Positions 25,855 through 35,352 of a DNA stretch of 64,000 nucleotides are shown one piece after another (the stretch's first letter is position 1; the number at the start of each line of letters is the position of its first letter). The position numbers and the translations under genes were made by a program. A model generated the notes under the pieces. The model searched no databases, was not told where the DNA came from, and worked only from the letters and a program-made list of their open reading frames with translations. The stretch is from sequence record KJ019103.1. The stretch is one strand, 5' to 3'.

Positions 25855-26466
25855 ATGACACTAATTAACGAACATAATCTTGGAGCTTGGAAAGCTTTAA
25901 ACCCCCAAGACAAAAGACTACAAGCATTAACACTCTCAGAACTATTGGAGAATGCCGATCCAACTAGCGTAGATTTCAGTAGTATTACCTTTAAGGGTCG
26001 TACAGACGGTCTACTCGGAGATGGTCTCGATTGTGCTGAAAGTATTGGTTTTGTTGTATTTGATTGTGTATGTCTGTTCCTAGGAGCAGCAACACTAAGA
26101 GCTTCAGCCACTGCTGAGGTAGCCGAAGATATGGCTAAAGCTGCAGAACCTGTTGTTAACCAACTAACACAGTATATTAGAACCATTTCTGATTCAGCAT
26201 CATCAACATATGATGTTGCTTATGCTGTGTTTAAGGTAATCTCTACCATCTACAGTGGAGGTGCTTTAGGTGCTGTTTGTGGTGTGTTCTTCACGTCCCT
26301 AACTTGGTACAACGCTATTCTCTATGGAATGACTGCTGTTGGTACTATTATGGCTGCTTTGGCAACTGATGGTGCTGCTGAAATTGGTATTATTGTTGTG
26401 GAAATAGCAACAGCTGGTTTCCTAATTTCCGACAGTGTTGCCTGCTCTAAAGCTTGCAACTACTGA
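25855..26466 (+). CDS. Hydrophobic, Ala-rich hypothetical (predicted multi-helix membrane) protein
   Basis: 203 aa; several uninterrupted hydrophobic stretches and 6 Cys; fills the gap between flanking ORFs. Confidence 0.65.
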   Translation: MTLINEHNLGAWKALNPQDKRLQALTLSELLENADPTSVDFSSITFKGRTDGLLGDGLDCAESIGFVVFDCVCLFLGAATLRASATAEVAEDMAKAAEPVVNQLTQYIRTISDSASSTYDVAYAVFKVISTIYSGGALGAVCGVFFTSLTWYNAILYGMTAVGTIMAALATDGAAEIGIIVVEIATAGFLISDSVACSKACNY

Positions 26467-26567
26467 GTTGCTAAATATATCTGAAAGGCAATCTAGTCGT
26501 GGGCGGTATTTTAATATCGTTAACAATTGTCCATTGAAGCCTTTCCCACATTTACGGTTCAATAGAT

Positions 26568-29348
26568 ATGGGTAATCTACACAAATGGTTTTCAGGTTCC
26601 AAGTCCAAAGACGGCAAGTCTGGATGGGTGAATGTAAAGACTGGTGGTACCTGTGCAAGTGATGAACCCGGAGAGGGCACACCCAAGTGTGTGTCTTCAT
26701 CTAAAAGAGCTAGTATGACCAAATCCGAAAGGGAGTCTGCTTCCAGTAGAAAGAAAGCTGCTGACCCTGGACAACAACAAAAGTCAGGTGCTGCTAAACC
26801 AACTTACGTATCTACCGACAAGCCTAAGAAGATGAAAAAAGAACATTTTTCTAATTGGAGGGATGATACACCAGAACCAATGGTCAATGAACTCTTTGGA
26901 TTGGGTAAGAAGAAGGAAAAGAAAAACAACGGTTCTGGTGGTTCTTTCTCAGCTTCTACGGCAGAGGCGAATGCTAGATCCAGGGGGTGGAAACCTGAAA
27001 ACGAAAAACCAAAACCCATGGGTGCTTTTGGTCCAGAAAAGGGAACGAGTAAATCCCCAGACCAATTCAGAAATGTGAAGAAAGCTTTGGGTATTCGTCC
27101 AAAACCAGAACCCAAAGTTACAAGTCAAACAAAACCAGAACCCAAAGTTACAAGTCAAACAAAAACAGATCCTACACCCAAGTCCAATCCATATTCTGGA
27201 AAGGATAAGTTAAAACCCCAAAGTTTTAGTACTGCAGTTAAATCTGGTACTAAAATGAAAAAGAGTACTCCATCAGCCCCAGGTAAAATTGTGACTCAAC
27301 AAGGTAATCAAAAAGAGCAGTTTTCTAACTGGAGAGATAACTACGTAGCCACTGAGCACGAGTTCATCGATCTCATCAAACCAGAACCTATGGTAGGCAT
27401 TTCAGAAACCAAGGAAGGTCAGATGAAAGCTGGTAGGGAGCAGTATAAGAAAGAGAAGGAGGAAGGTCGTTATGGTGGAACCAAACCTTCTAATGAGAGA
27501 GTCGCAAAACTCATGAAGAAGCTGAAGGAGGAGACCAAGCAAGATGGTCCCGAACCTACAACGAAACAGACTCGTGGTGCCATGAAGAACATTCGTAGTA
27601 AAATGAATACTGCAAGTCACAAAGACCCAGATAAGAAGAAGACAAAGCAAGAACTAGCTTTCCAAAAGGCTAGAGCTAAGGCTTGGGGTATGACTGAAGG
27701 AAAGGAAGAGAAGAGAAAGGATGCAATGCCCGAGGGTGATGTTGGATATGAGATTCATAAGAAAGCAGTTGCCCAATACAACAAACAGAACCCTAGTAAG
27801 AAGGTGAAGGAGGAAGTAGAAATCTCCGAAGAGGATAAGAAAGGTTCAGGTAGTGGTAAGAAAGACGCCTGTTACAATAAGGTGAAGGCATCAGCTTCTG
27901 TATGGCCATCAGCTTATGCTTCTGGTCGTTTAGTTCAGTGCCGTAAGAAAGGTGCTGCCAACTATGGCAAATCCAAGAATGAGGAGTTTATCAGTATTGT
28001 AGCCTCCGAGTATTTCATCAATGAAGGACTCAATGATGAGGGAGTGGCAGAACTAGTTGATTTGTTGGGACCTATTCAGTTTGGTGAATTGGTTAATGAG
28101 ATTGCTGAGGGTGTAGAAGAAGATCTACTTACTGAAGCTAGAGCTGGTGGAGTTAAGATTGAACCCAAGAATAAGTCTGGTACTAGAGTTTCAGATCTAT
28201 CCAAGGGAGCTAGAACTAGAGCTATTAACACACTCCGTAAAGAGAAGGCAGCTAAGAGAGCTGGTGAAGGTGAAGGTGGCAAGGGCAGTCTAAAGGACTC
28301 CCTAAAATCACAAGCAAAGGCAGCTAAGAAACCAGAACCCAAAAAGGATAAGAAGGAAGAACCCAAAAAGGAAGCAACTAAACCAGCAGTTGAGAAGGCT
28401 AAAGCCACTCAACCTAAGAAGAGAGGTTTCTTAGATTCTGTAGCCCGTCAAGTTAATAAGGGTATGGATCGTCATAGAAAGGCAATGGAACTAGCCCGTG
28501 AAACTGGTAAGGTAGCTAAGAAGGCAGCCAATATTGGTGGTCAAGTTGCTAAAGGTGCAGTTCAAGGTGTTAAGGACACCGCCAAGACAACCAAAAACGT
28601 AGCTGATAAACTAAAAGAAGAATACGTATTGGTTGTATCTGAAGAGTGGAAGCCTGACCCCACTGAGAAACGTGAAAAGAAAGCTGCTAAGCTAGGTAGG
28701 GATGAAGAGATCGAGAAAGGCAAGTCCAAGAAATATGGACGCGATGAATCCAAGATTGACAAACTCTACAAGCGTCGTATGGCTGTTCAGTTCAAAAAGA
28801 AAATGAGTGAGGAAAGACTAGACGAACTCAAGTGTTGGAAAGGTTACAAGCGTAAGAAGGGTTCTACACCTGGAGCTCCTGGTTCCTGTGTGAAAGAAGG
28901 TTTCTCCAGTTGGAGAGACGACCTTGACCTTATGGAAGGTGTTGCAGCTTGGCAACGTAAGTTTGTTTCTGAAGAATCCAAAAGAGAACTTCAGATTCGT
29001 GCTTCGAAGGGTGACAAGGCAGCCATGAAGAAACTTCATCAACTTCGTGCCGATGGTAAGATTGGTAAAGAACCTGGTTTTGAACCTAAGAGAGATCTTC
29101 CTGAAGGTGCAGCATGGACACGTAAAGAGGGAAAGAATAAAGCCGGGGGGCTTAACGAGAAGGGACGTAAGTCTTACGAACGAGAGAACCCCGGCAGTGA
29201 CCTCAAAGCACCACAACCTGAGGGTGGTAGTCGCAAGAAGTCGTTTTGCGCACGTATGAGCGGAATGAAGAAGAAACTAACCTCTTCTAAGACTGCTAAC
29301 GATCCCGATTCAAGAATCAATAAGTCACTAAGAAAATGGAACTGCTGA
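26568..29348 (+). CDS. Large Lys-rich modular protein, candidate head-internal polyprotein
   Basis: 926 aa; modules WFSGSKSKDGKSGWVNV..., DACYNKVK...WPSAYASG, CWKGY and AWTRKEGKN...SLRKWNC; three E-x-FS-x-WRD motifs; late-promoter variant GCTAAATA at 26470-26477. Confidence 0.75.
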   Translation: MGNLHKWFSGSKSKDGKSGWVNVKTGGTCASDEPGEGTPKCVSSSKRASMTKSERESASSRKKAADPGQQQKSGAAKPTYVSTDKPKKMKKEHFSNWRDDTPEPMVNELFGLGKKKEKKNNGSGGSFSASTAEANARSRGWKPENEKPKPMGAFGPEKGTSKSPDQFRNVKKALGIRPKPEPKVTSQTKPEPKVTSQTKTDPTPKSNPYSGKDKLKPQSFSTAVKSGTKMKKSTPSAPGKIVTQQGNQKEQFSNWRDNYVATEHEFIDLIKPEPMVGISETKEGQMKAGREQYKKEKEEGRYGGTKPSNERVAKLMKKLKEETKQDGPEPTTKQTRGAMKNIRSKMNTASHKDPDKKKTKQELAFQKARAKAWGMTEGKEEKRKDAMPEGDVGYEIHKKAVAQYNKQNPSKKVKEEVEISEEDKKGSGSGKKDACYNKVKASASVWPSAYASGRLVQCRKKGAANYGKSKNEEFISIVASEYFINEGLNDEGVAELVDLLGPIQFGELVNEIAEGVEEDLLTEARAGGVKIEPKNKSGTRVSDLSKGARTRAINTLRKEKAAKRAGEGEGGKGSLKDSLKSQAKAAKKPEPKKDKKEEPKKEATKPAVEKAKATQPKKRGFLDSVARQVNKGMDRHRKAMELARETGKVAKKAANIGGQVAKGAVQGVKDTAKTTKNVADKLKEEYVLVVSEEWKPDPTEKREKKAAKLGRDEEIEKGKSKKYGRDESKIDKLYKRRMAVQFKKKMSEERLDELKCWKGYKRKKGSTPGAPGSCVKEGFSSWRDDLDLMEGVAAWQRKFVSEESKRELQIRASKGDKAAMKKLHQLRADGKIGKEPGFEPKRDLPEGAAWTRKEGKNKAGGLNEKGRKSYERENPGSDLKAPQPEGGSRKKSFCARMSGMKKKLTSSKTANDPDSRINKSLRKWNC
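27100..27164 (+). repeat. Exact 30-bp tandem repeat, 2 copies (KPEPKVTSQT x2)
   Basis: 27101-27130 is identical to 27131-27160; in frame. Confidence 0.95.
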
Positions 29349-29421
29349 GAACCGCCCTGTCCCACACTTGGTTTGTGGGAATTTTGTCATACTTACTGGT
29401 AACAATTCCCGTTATTGGAAT

Positions 29422-29430
29422 TGATATAAT
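29422..29430 (+). promoter_or_regulatory. Extended -10 sigma70-type promoter (TGaTATAAT)
   Basis: TG-n-TATAAT 24 nt before ATG 29455. Confidence 0.45.
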
Positions 29431-29454
29431 CCACAGACAAGAAAACAACTAACA

Positions 29455-30666
29455 ATGTCTATCCTAACTCACACTAATAATAACTACGAAAGGTACGATG
29501 AGGACAATGTTCTAGCGTCACCTCAGCCTGCATTTAGGAGTGAGAGTATGGATGCAGTTGGTTGGACTAATTTTACCTGGAAAGATTTTGATGGTGATTA
29601 TGTCAAGACTCTAGTGGGTGGTGGTATAACTTCTATTAATGAGTATGTGAAGAGAGACGTAGATAATAATATAGTCACTCAACCCCAATACATCAGGCAC
29701 GATATAGACAATAACCCAGTAGGTAGTTTGAATCCACTAGAAATTGTAGGTGTTGGTAATATCACAGCACCTAACGGATTTGCTGTCGGTAGGGATATGG
29801 CTGGTCAGGTTGCTGGTTATCAGGGTGGTACTGAACCCATCACTGTTGAAGGTCAGTTACAGAAACAAGAAACCCCTGGTGGTGCTTGGATTGGTATTAG
29901 TCCTTGGACGGCAGTTGATACTGCAGTAAAAGAAATAGACTCTTCTTTGGTGGGAGCTAAACTTCGTATTTCTACTAGAATTCAAGATGCCATAATCGCT
30001 CCATCATATCTCACTACCAATACTCCTGCTTCGGATGTTGTTGTTGGTGAGATGACTCCCGATGTGAAAGGTACTCTTACTTCTAGTGGAGCGGACCCTG
30101 CATATCCAGGAGATGTACTTACTCAGACAGAAGGCACTATAACCGGTGGTATCGCTCCATTTACTAAGTCATATCAATGGTTTAGAAGAGAAACTGGCAC
30201 CACGAATGCGTATGCATTCTTTGGTGCTCCAGATGGATTGACTTATACTATTCAGTATAGTGATATTGGTTATGATGTTAAAGCAAGAACTAGGTGGCAA
30301 GATTCATATAACTATCTTAGAACCGTCGGTACGATTCCAAACCACATTGAGGTTATAGCAGAACCACTAGAATTGGTATCAAAGGGAACTCTCGATGGAG
30401 TTGGTCAGTCAGGCACAGTCCTAACACAAACTGCAGCAGTATTCAGTGGTGGTGTTCCCCCATTCACTTATAGATATGAATGGGTTAGGAGAGTGACTGG
30501 TGAGTCTGGATTCTTCGAGTTTGGTGCTCCAGATGGTCTTCAGTATATTATTAGGTCTTCTGATATCGGTTATGATATTAGAGGAAGAACCGAAATCTTT
30601 GACTCCCTAGGAAATTCGAAGAGTAGTAGTTCTACTATTCCTGGAGATGTTTCAGTAACATCATAA
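29455..30666 (+). CDS. Protein with tandem Ig-like repeats
   Basis: 403 aa; two clear repeats Y-x-W-x-RR...FGAPDGL-x-Y-x-I-xx-SDIGYD and a degenerate third. Confidence 0.7.
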   Translation: MSILTHTNNNYERYDEDNVLASPQPAFRSESMDAVGWTNFTWKDFDGDYVKTLVGGGITSINEYVKRDVDNNIVTQPQYIRHDIDNNPVGSLNPLEIVGVGNITAPNGFAVGRDMAGQVAGYQGGTEPITVEGQLQKQETPGGAWIGISPWTAVDTAVKEIDSSLVGAKLRISTRIQDAIIAPSYLTTNTPASDVVVGEMTPDVKGTLTSSGADPAYPGDVLTQTEGTITGGIAPFTKSYQWFRRETGTTNAYAFFGAPDGLTYTIQYSDIGYDVKARTRWQDSYNYLRTVGTIPNHIEVIAEPLELVSKGTLDGVGQSGTVLTQTAAVFSGGVPPFTYRYEWVRRVTGESGFFEFGAPDGLQYIIRSSDIGYDIRGRTEIFDSLGNSKSSSSTIPGDVSVTS

Positions 30667-30695
30667 CCCCTACATAAGGTAGGTATAATATTATT

Positions 30696-32342
30696 ATGGC
30701 GGATACTAAGTATCTTGGGAATCCAAACCTGAAGAAGGCGAACGTTGCTGTCAACTTCACTTTGGAACAGGTGAAGGAGTATGTTAGATGTAAAGAAGAC
30801 CCAATCTTTTTTGCCAGGAACTACATTAAGATTGTGTCCCTGGACCATGGTCTTGTGCCATTTAAGTTGTATGATTTCCAGGAAGACTTAGTTAGAAGTT
30901 TCCATGAGAAGAGATTTACTATCTGTAAGATGCCTAGACAGACAGGTAAGTCTACAACCTGTGTGGCGTTTCTTCTCCACTACTTGGTATTCAATGATAA
31001 TGTCAACGTCGGTATCCTAGCAAACAAAGCAGCAACTGCTAGAGAGATTCTAGGACGACTACAGATTGCATATGAAAACTTACCGTCGTGGATGCAACAC
31101 GGTATTGTTTCTTGGAATAAAGGTTCAGTGGAGTTGGAGAATGGCAGTAAGATATTGGCAGCTTCTACGTCTGCAAGTGCTGTCCGAGGTATGTCTTTTA
31201 ATATCATCTTCCTCGATGAATTTGCGTTCGTTCAGAACAATATTGCAGAGCAGTTCTTTGCCTCTGTTTATCCTACTATTACTTCTGGTAAATCAACGAA
31301 AGTAATCATCGTTTCCACGCCACATGGTATGAACCACTTCTACCGAATGTGGCATGATGCTGAGAGGGGTATAAATGAGTACAATCCAATTGAAGTTCAC
31401 TGGTCTCAGGTACCGGGAAGAGACTCCATATGGAAAGAACAAACTATTAAGAACACTTCTGCTGAACAGTTCAAGGTTGAGTTTGAGTGTGAATTCATTG
31501 GTTCTGTTGATACTTTGATTGCTCCATCTGTTCTCAGGGCGATGGAATACAGAGAACCAATTAGGAAGCAAAAGAGTTTAGATATATTCTACGAACCAGA
31601 AAAAGATAACATCTATGTAATCACCGTAGATGTCGCCAGAGGGGTCGGAAAGGATTACTCTGCCTTTGTGGTGTTTGATGTCACAAAGTTCCCCTACAAG
31701 GTCGTGGCGAAGTATAGAGACAACGAAATCAAGCCAATGGTATTCCCCAGTATCATTGAGAGGGTGGCAAAGTCATATAATAGGGCGTGGTGTCTTATTG
31801 AGGTGAATGATATTGGTGACCAAGTTGCCTCTATCCTAAACTATGATTTGGAGTATCCCAACCTCATGATGTGTGCTATGAGAGGTAGGGCTGGTCAGCA
31901 ACTAGGTGCGGGTTTCAGTGGGTCCAAGACTCAGTTGGGTGTGAAGATGAGTGTTGCCACCAAGAAACTAGGTTGCTCCAACCTCAAGACTCTGGTGGAG
32001 GAAACTAAACTAATCTTTGAAGACTACAATATTGTTCAGGAACTGACGACCTTTATTCAAAAGAACAACTCATTCCAAGCGGAAGAGGGGTGTAATGATG
32101 ACTTGGCTATGTGCTTGGTTATCTTCTCTTGGGTAGTGGCTCAGGACTACTTCAAAGAGATGACTAACAATGATGTGAGAAAGGAGATATACAATGAAAA
32201 GGAGAACCAGATTGAACAGGATATGTCACCATTTGGTTTCTTCTCTGACGGAACTGAAGAGGGTACCTTTGTAGATAATAGTGGGGACGTGTGGCACACT
32301 GATGAATATGGGGATATGAGCCACATGTGGGAATATATGTAG
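30696..32342 (+). CDS. gp17: Terminase large subunit gp17
   Basis: PRQTGKST Walker A, IIFLDEFAF Walker B, STPHGMNHF, ITVDVARG and DDLAM nuclease motifs. Confidence 0.97.
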   Translation: MADTKYLGNPNLKKANVAVNFTLEQVKEYVRCKEDPIFFARNYIKIVSLDHGLVPFKLYDFQEDLVRSFHEKRFTICKMPRQTGKSTTCVAFLLHYLVFNDNVNVGILANKAATAREILGRLQIAYENLPSWMQHGIVSWNKGSVELENGSKILAASTSASAVRGMSFNIIFLDEFAFVQNNIAEQFFASVYPTITSGKSTKVIIVSTPHGMNHFYRMWHDAERGINEYNPIEVHWSQVPGRDSIWKEQTIKNTSAEQFKVEFECEFIGSVDTLIAPSVLRAMEYREPIRKQKSLDIFYEPEKDNIYVITVDVARGVGKDYSAFVVFDVTKFPYKVVAKYRDNEIKPMVFPSIIERVAKSYNRAWCLIEVNDIGDQVASILNYDLEYPNLMMCAMRGRAGQQLGAGFSGSKTQLGVKMSVATKKLGCSNLKTLVEETKLIFEDYNIVQELTTFIQKNNSFQAEEGCNDDLAMCLVIFSWVVAQDYFKEMTNNDVRKEIYNEKENQIEQDMSPFGFFSDGTEEGTFVDNSGDVWHTDEYGDMSHMWEYM

Positions 32343-32360
32343 TTCTAAAATACATATTTC

Positions 32361-32368
32361 TATAAATA
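32361..32368 (+). promoter_or_regulatory. Late promoter TATAAATA upstream of g18
   Basis: Exact consensus in the intergenic gap. Confidence 0.8.
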
Positions 32369-32410
32369 TTTCTAGATTAATTTCGGACTTTCAAAAGGGA
32401 GAACCAAAAG

Positions 32411-34606
32411 ATGCCAGTAAACTTAGCATCGCCCGGAATTGTCGTAAGAGAGGTGGACCTTACCCTAGGTAATGTACAGACTTCTACGGACAAGACCGGC
32501 GCAATTGTTGCCTCTTTCGCAAGAGGACCTGTTGATAAGCCAACCCTAATCGCAAGCGAGAACGAGCTTCTCGATGTCTTCGGACAACCCTCATCTACTG
32601 ATAGGCAGTATGAAGGATGGCTATCCATTTCTTCTTATTTGTCATATGGCGGTATTATGCAGGTTGTTCGTTCTGACAACGAGAAACTCAATAATAGCTT
32701 TGTGGGCACGGCCAGCAGCATTAAAATTAAAAGCTTAGAGGATTATAACGATCTAGCTTATGATGAGAACCAGATTCCTGGTGTCACGGTAGCATCCAGA
32801 AACCCAGGATCCTGGGCAAACGGTATTAAGGTAGCGTTTATTGATGGTAAAGCTGACCAATATGTCAGTTCAGTGGGTCTTGGCACTTCAGCCACTTCTT
32901 CCATTGCTCTAGGACAGGGTGTAATTCAAACTATCAGCAAAGTTGCTGCTGGTGCGGGCACTACACAATTAGTAGAAGGAGACCTTAAGGGTATTATTAC
33001 TGGAGTAAACACCTCCACGGATCAACTAGAAGTTAAAGTCCTTTCATTCACTCCCTCAACTGGTTCAAACGCAGGCGTACAATTCGAAGTTGATTATCAA
33101 CAGGGTGGTACTTGGTCGTTTGTAACTGGACTCTTCCAGGTATATTCTAACGTGGGTCTAGTGACCTCAGTAGTAGCCGGTGGAGCATCAGATTGGTTTG
33201 ATGATCAAACTATCTCCGTTCAAGGTGGTAGAACAACAGTTAATTGGAACTCCCTAGCCAACAGACCAACCACAACTGAGTTCGCAAGAACTAGAAACGC
33301 TCGTTTCGATGAATTCCACATTGTCATTTTTGATGACACAGGTGATGTTACTGGTAATGCCGGTACCATTCTAGAGAAGAATATTGGAATGTCCAAGGGT
33401 ACAGATGCTGAGTTCTCAGCTGGTACTCCTTCTTACTGGAGAAAGTATCTAGCTAACACTTCTTCTTATCTCTTTGGTGGATCATCCCCAGTTGGTGTTG
33501 TTACAACTTCCTTTGAGCCCGATAACGGTAATGGTTTCGTTCCTGAAACTGGCGGTGAGTGGGATCAACAGACCCGTAATAAGAACTTCTATTCCTGTGG
33601 TAACCTAGCGGTAACTATGGAGGGTGGTAAGAACTACGACGGTGGAACTGATATCGATGCAATCGGTGCGTTAAGAGTAGATGTTGGTGATATCGCAGCA
33701 GGTTACGACAACTTTGAGTCCGATGACGAGACTGATATTGATTTCCTAATTATGGGATCAGCAGCCTACAACGAACCTGAAACTCAGTCACTAGCTAACA
33801 AGATCATCTCGATCGCAGAACTACGTAAGGACGCTATGGCGTTCATTTCACCTTACAGAGGTTCTCAGATTACTGATTCTGGATCAGGTGCTCAGGTTAC
33901 TATCAACTCTAACAAGATTACTGATAACCTAATCAGTTTCTACTCAACTGTATCTTCTTCCAGTTACGCCGTATTGGACACTGGTTACAAGTACATGTAT
34001 GATAGGTTCGCAGACAAGTTCAGATATGTTCCTATGAACGGAGACATCGCTGGATGTTGTGCAAGAACTGATCAAGTAGCTTTCCCTTGGTTCTCACCAG
34101 CAGGAACTACAAGAGGAGCAATCCTCAATGGTGTAAGACTAGCTTACAACCCAACACAACAACAGAGAGATCGCCTCTACTCCGCTAGAATCAATCCTGT
34201 CATCTTCGCTAATGATGTTGGTGGTATTGTTCTCTTCGGTGATAAGACAGCCCTATCAGCCTCTTCCGCTTTCGATAGAATCAACGTTCGTCGTTTGTTT
34301 ATCTACGTAGAAGACGCTGTTAGTTCAGCCGCCAAGGATCAACTCTTTGAATTTAACGATGAAGTTACTAGAACTAACTTCGTGAATATTGTAGAACCTT
34401 TCCTTCGTGATGTTCAAGCGAAAAGAGGTATTACAGACTTCATTGTAGTTTGTGACGAAACCAATAACACACCTGCTGTTGTTGATAGAAACGAGTTCGT
34501 CGCTGACATCTTCATCAAACCAACCCGTTCCATTAACTTCATCGGTCTAACGTTTGTTGCTACCCGCACTGGCGTAAGTTTCGAAGAGGTTGTTGGTACT
34601 GTTTAA
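32411..34606 (+). CDS. gp18: Tail sheath protein gp18
   Basis: SPGIVVREVDLT, PWFSPAG..RG, RINVRRLF, IKPTRSINFI.L.F.AT.TGV.F.E. Confidence 0.97.
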   Translation: MPVNLASPGIVVREVDLTLGNVQTSTDKTGAIVASFARGPVDKPTLIASENELLDVFGQPSSTDRQYEGWLSISSYLSYGGIMQVVRSDNEKLNNSFVGTASSIKIKSLEDYNDLAYDENQIPGVTVASRNPGSWANGIKVAFIDGKADQYVSSVGLGTSATSSIALGQGVIQTISKVAAGAGTTQLVEGDLKGIITGVNTSTDQLEVKVLSFTPSTGSNAGVQFEVDYQQGGTWSFVTGLFQVYSNVGLVTSVVAGGASDWFDDQTISVQGGRTTVNWNSLANRPTTTEFARTRNARFDEFHIVIFDDTGDVTGNAGTILEKNIGMSKGTDAEFSAGTPSYWRKYLANTSSYLFGGSSPVGVVTTSFEPDNGNGFVPETGGEWDQQTRNKNFYSCGNLAVTMEGGKNYDGGTDIDAIGALRVDVGDIAAGYDNFESDDETDIDFLIMGSAAYNEPETQSLANKIISIAELRKDAMAFISPYRGSQITDSGSGAQVTINSNKITDNLISFYSTVSSSSYAVLDTGYKYMYDRFADKFRYVPMNGDIAGCCARTDQVAFPWFSPAGTTRGAILNGVRLAYNPTQQQRDRLYSARINPVIFANDVGGIVLFGDKTALSASSAFDRINVRRLFIYVEDAVSSAAKDQLFEFNDEVTRTNFVNIVEPFLRDVQAKRGITDFIVVCDETNNTPAVVDRNEFVADIFIKPTRSINFIGLTFVATRTGVSFEEVVGTV

Positions 34607-34646
34607 TTCACTTCTACCTAAACAAATTTTCAAGGAGCAACCCTAA

Positions 34647-35243
34647 ATGGCAAGCACAAGATCTCAGGTAGAGTCCCCAGTATTGAGGACGCTGAGTGAC
34701 TTTAAAGCAAAAATGACTGGTGGCGGTGCCCGCCCCAATCTATTTGAAGTCGTTCTTCAGTTCCCAATCTCAGCACCTACCGATACCGATACACTACAGA
34801 AAACACGTTTCTTAGTTAAGGCAGCTGCACTCCCCGCTTCAAACATTGGTCCCATCGAAGTTCCCTTCCGTGGTCGTGTTTTGAAACTAGCAGGTGACAG
34901 AACTTTCGATACCTGGACTATTACAGTTCTAAACGACACGGATTTCTCAATTCGTTCAGCGTTCGAGAAGTGGATGAACTCCATGAATCGTATGGAAGAC
35001 GCAACTGGTACTCAGGATCCAGCTTTCTATCAGTCAGACGCATATGTCTATCAGTTAGACAGAGATGGTTCAACTCTACGTACCTATCGTTTCCACGACG
35101 TGTTCCCCAATAACCTATCTTCTATGGATCTCAACTATGAGACCACAGATCAAATCCACGAATTCACAGTGGAAATGCAGGTTCAGTGGTGGGAAGCAAT
35201 CAGAGGAACCGGACGTAATGCCGGTGGTGAAGATATCTTCTAA
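34647..35243 (+). CDS. gp19: Tail tube protein gp19
   Basis: GGARPNLFEV, FRGR..KLAGDRTFDTW.ITV.ND, WM. Confidence 0.96.
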   Translation: MASTRSQVESPVLRTLSDFKAKMTGGGARPNLFEVVLQFPISAPTDTDTLQKTRFLVKAAALPASNIGPIEVPFRGRVLKLAGDRTFDTWTITVLNDTDFSIRSAFEKWMNSMNRMEDATGTQDPAFYQSDAYVYQLDRDGSTLRTYRFHDVFPNNLSSMDLNYETTDQIHEFTVEMQVQWWEAIRGTGRNAGGEDIF

Positions 35244-35261
35244 ACCTAGTTCAGCACAAGA

Positions 35262-35290
35262 GACCTCCTCAAAAAGGGGGGTCTTTTTTT
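35262..35290 (+). terminator. Rho-independent terminator after g19
   Basis: Stem GACCTCCT / GGGGGGTC with G-U pairs, followed by a T7 tract. Confidence 0.8.
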
Positions 35291-35352
35291 ATGCGCTAAA
35301 TATATTCACGGGTCGTACCCATACATGTTATTATAGGAAGAAAATACTCGTT

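Noticed and set aside
25824-26186. Minus-strand 120-aa ORF opposite the 203-aa gene
   Set aside because: It is an antisense shadow; all supported genes in the window are on the + strand.
35065-35352. N-terminal extension of the portal ORF given by the track
   Set aside because: It overlaps g19 and crosses its terminator; the conserved portal N-terminus starts at ATG 35353.
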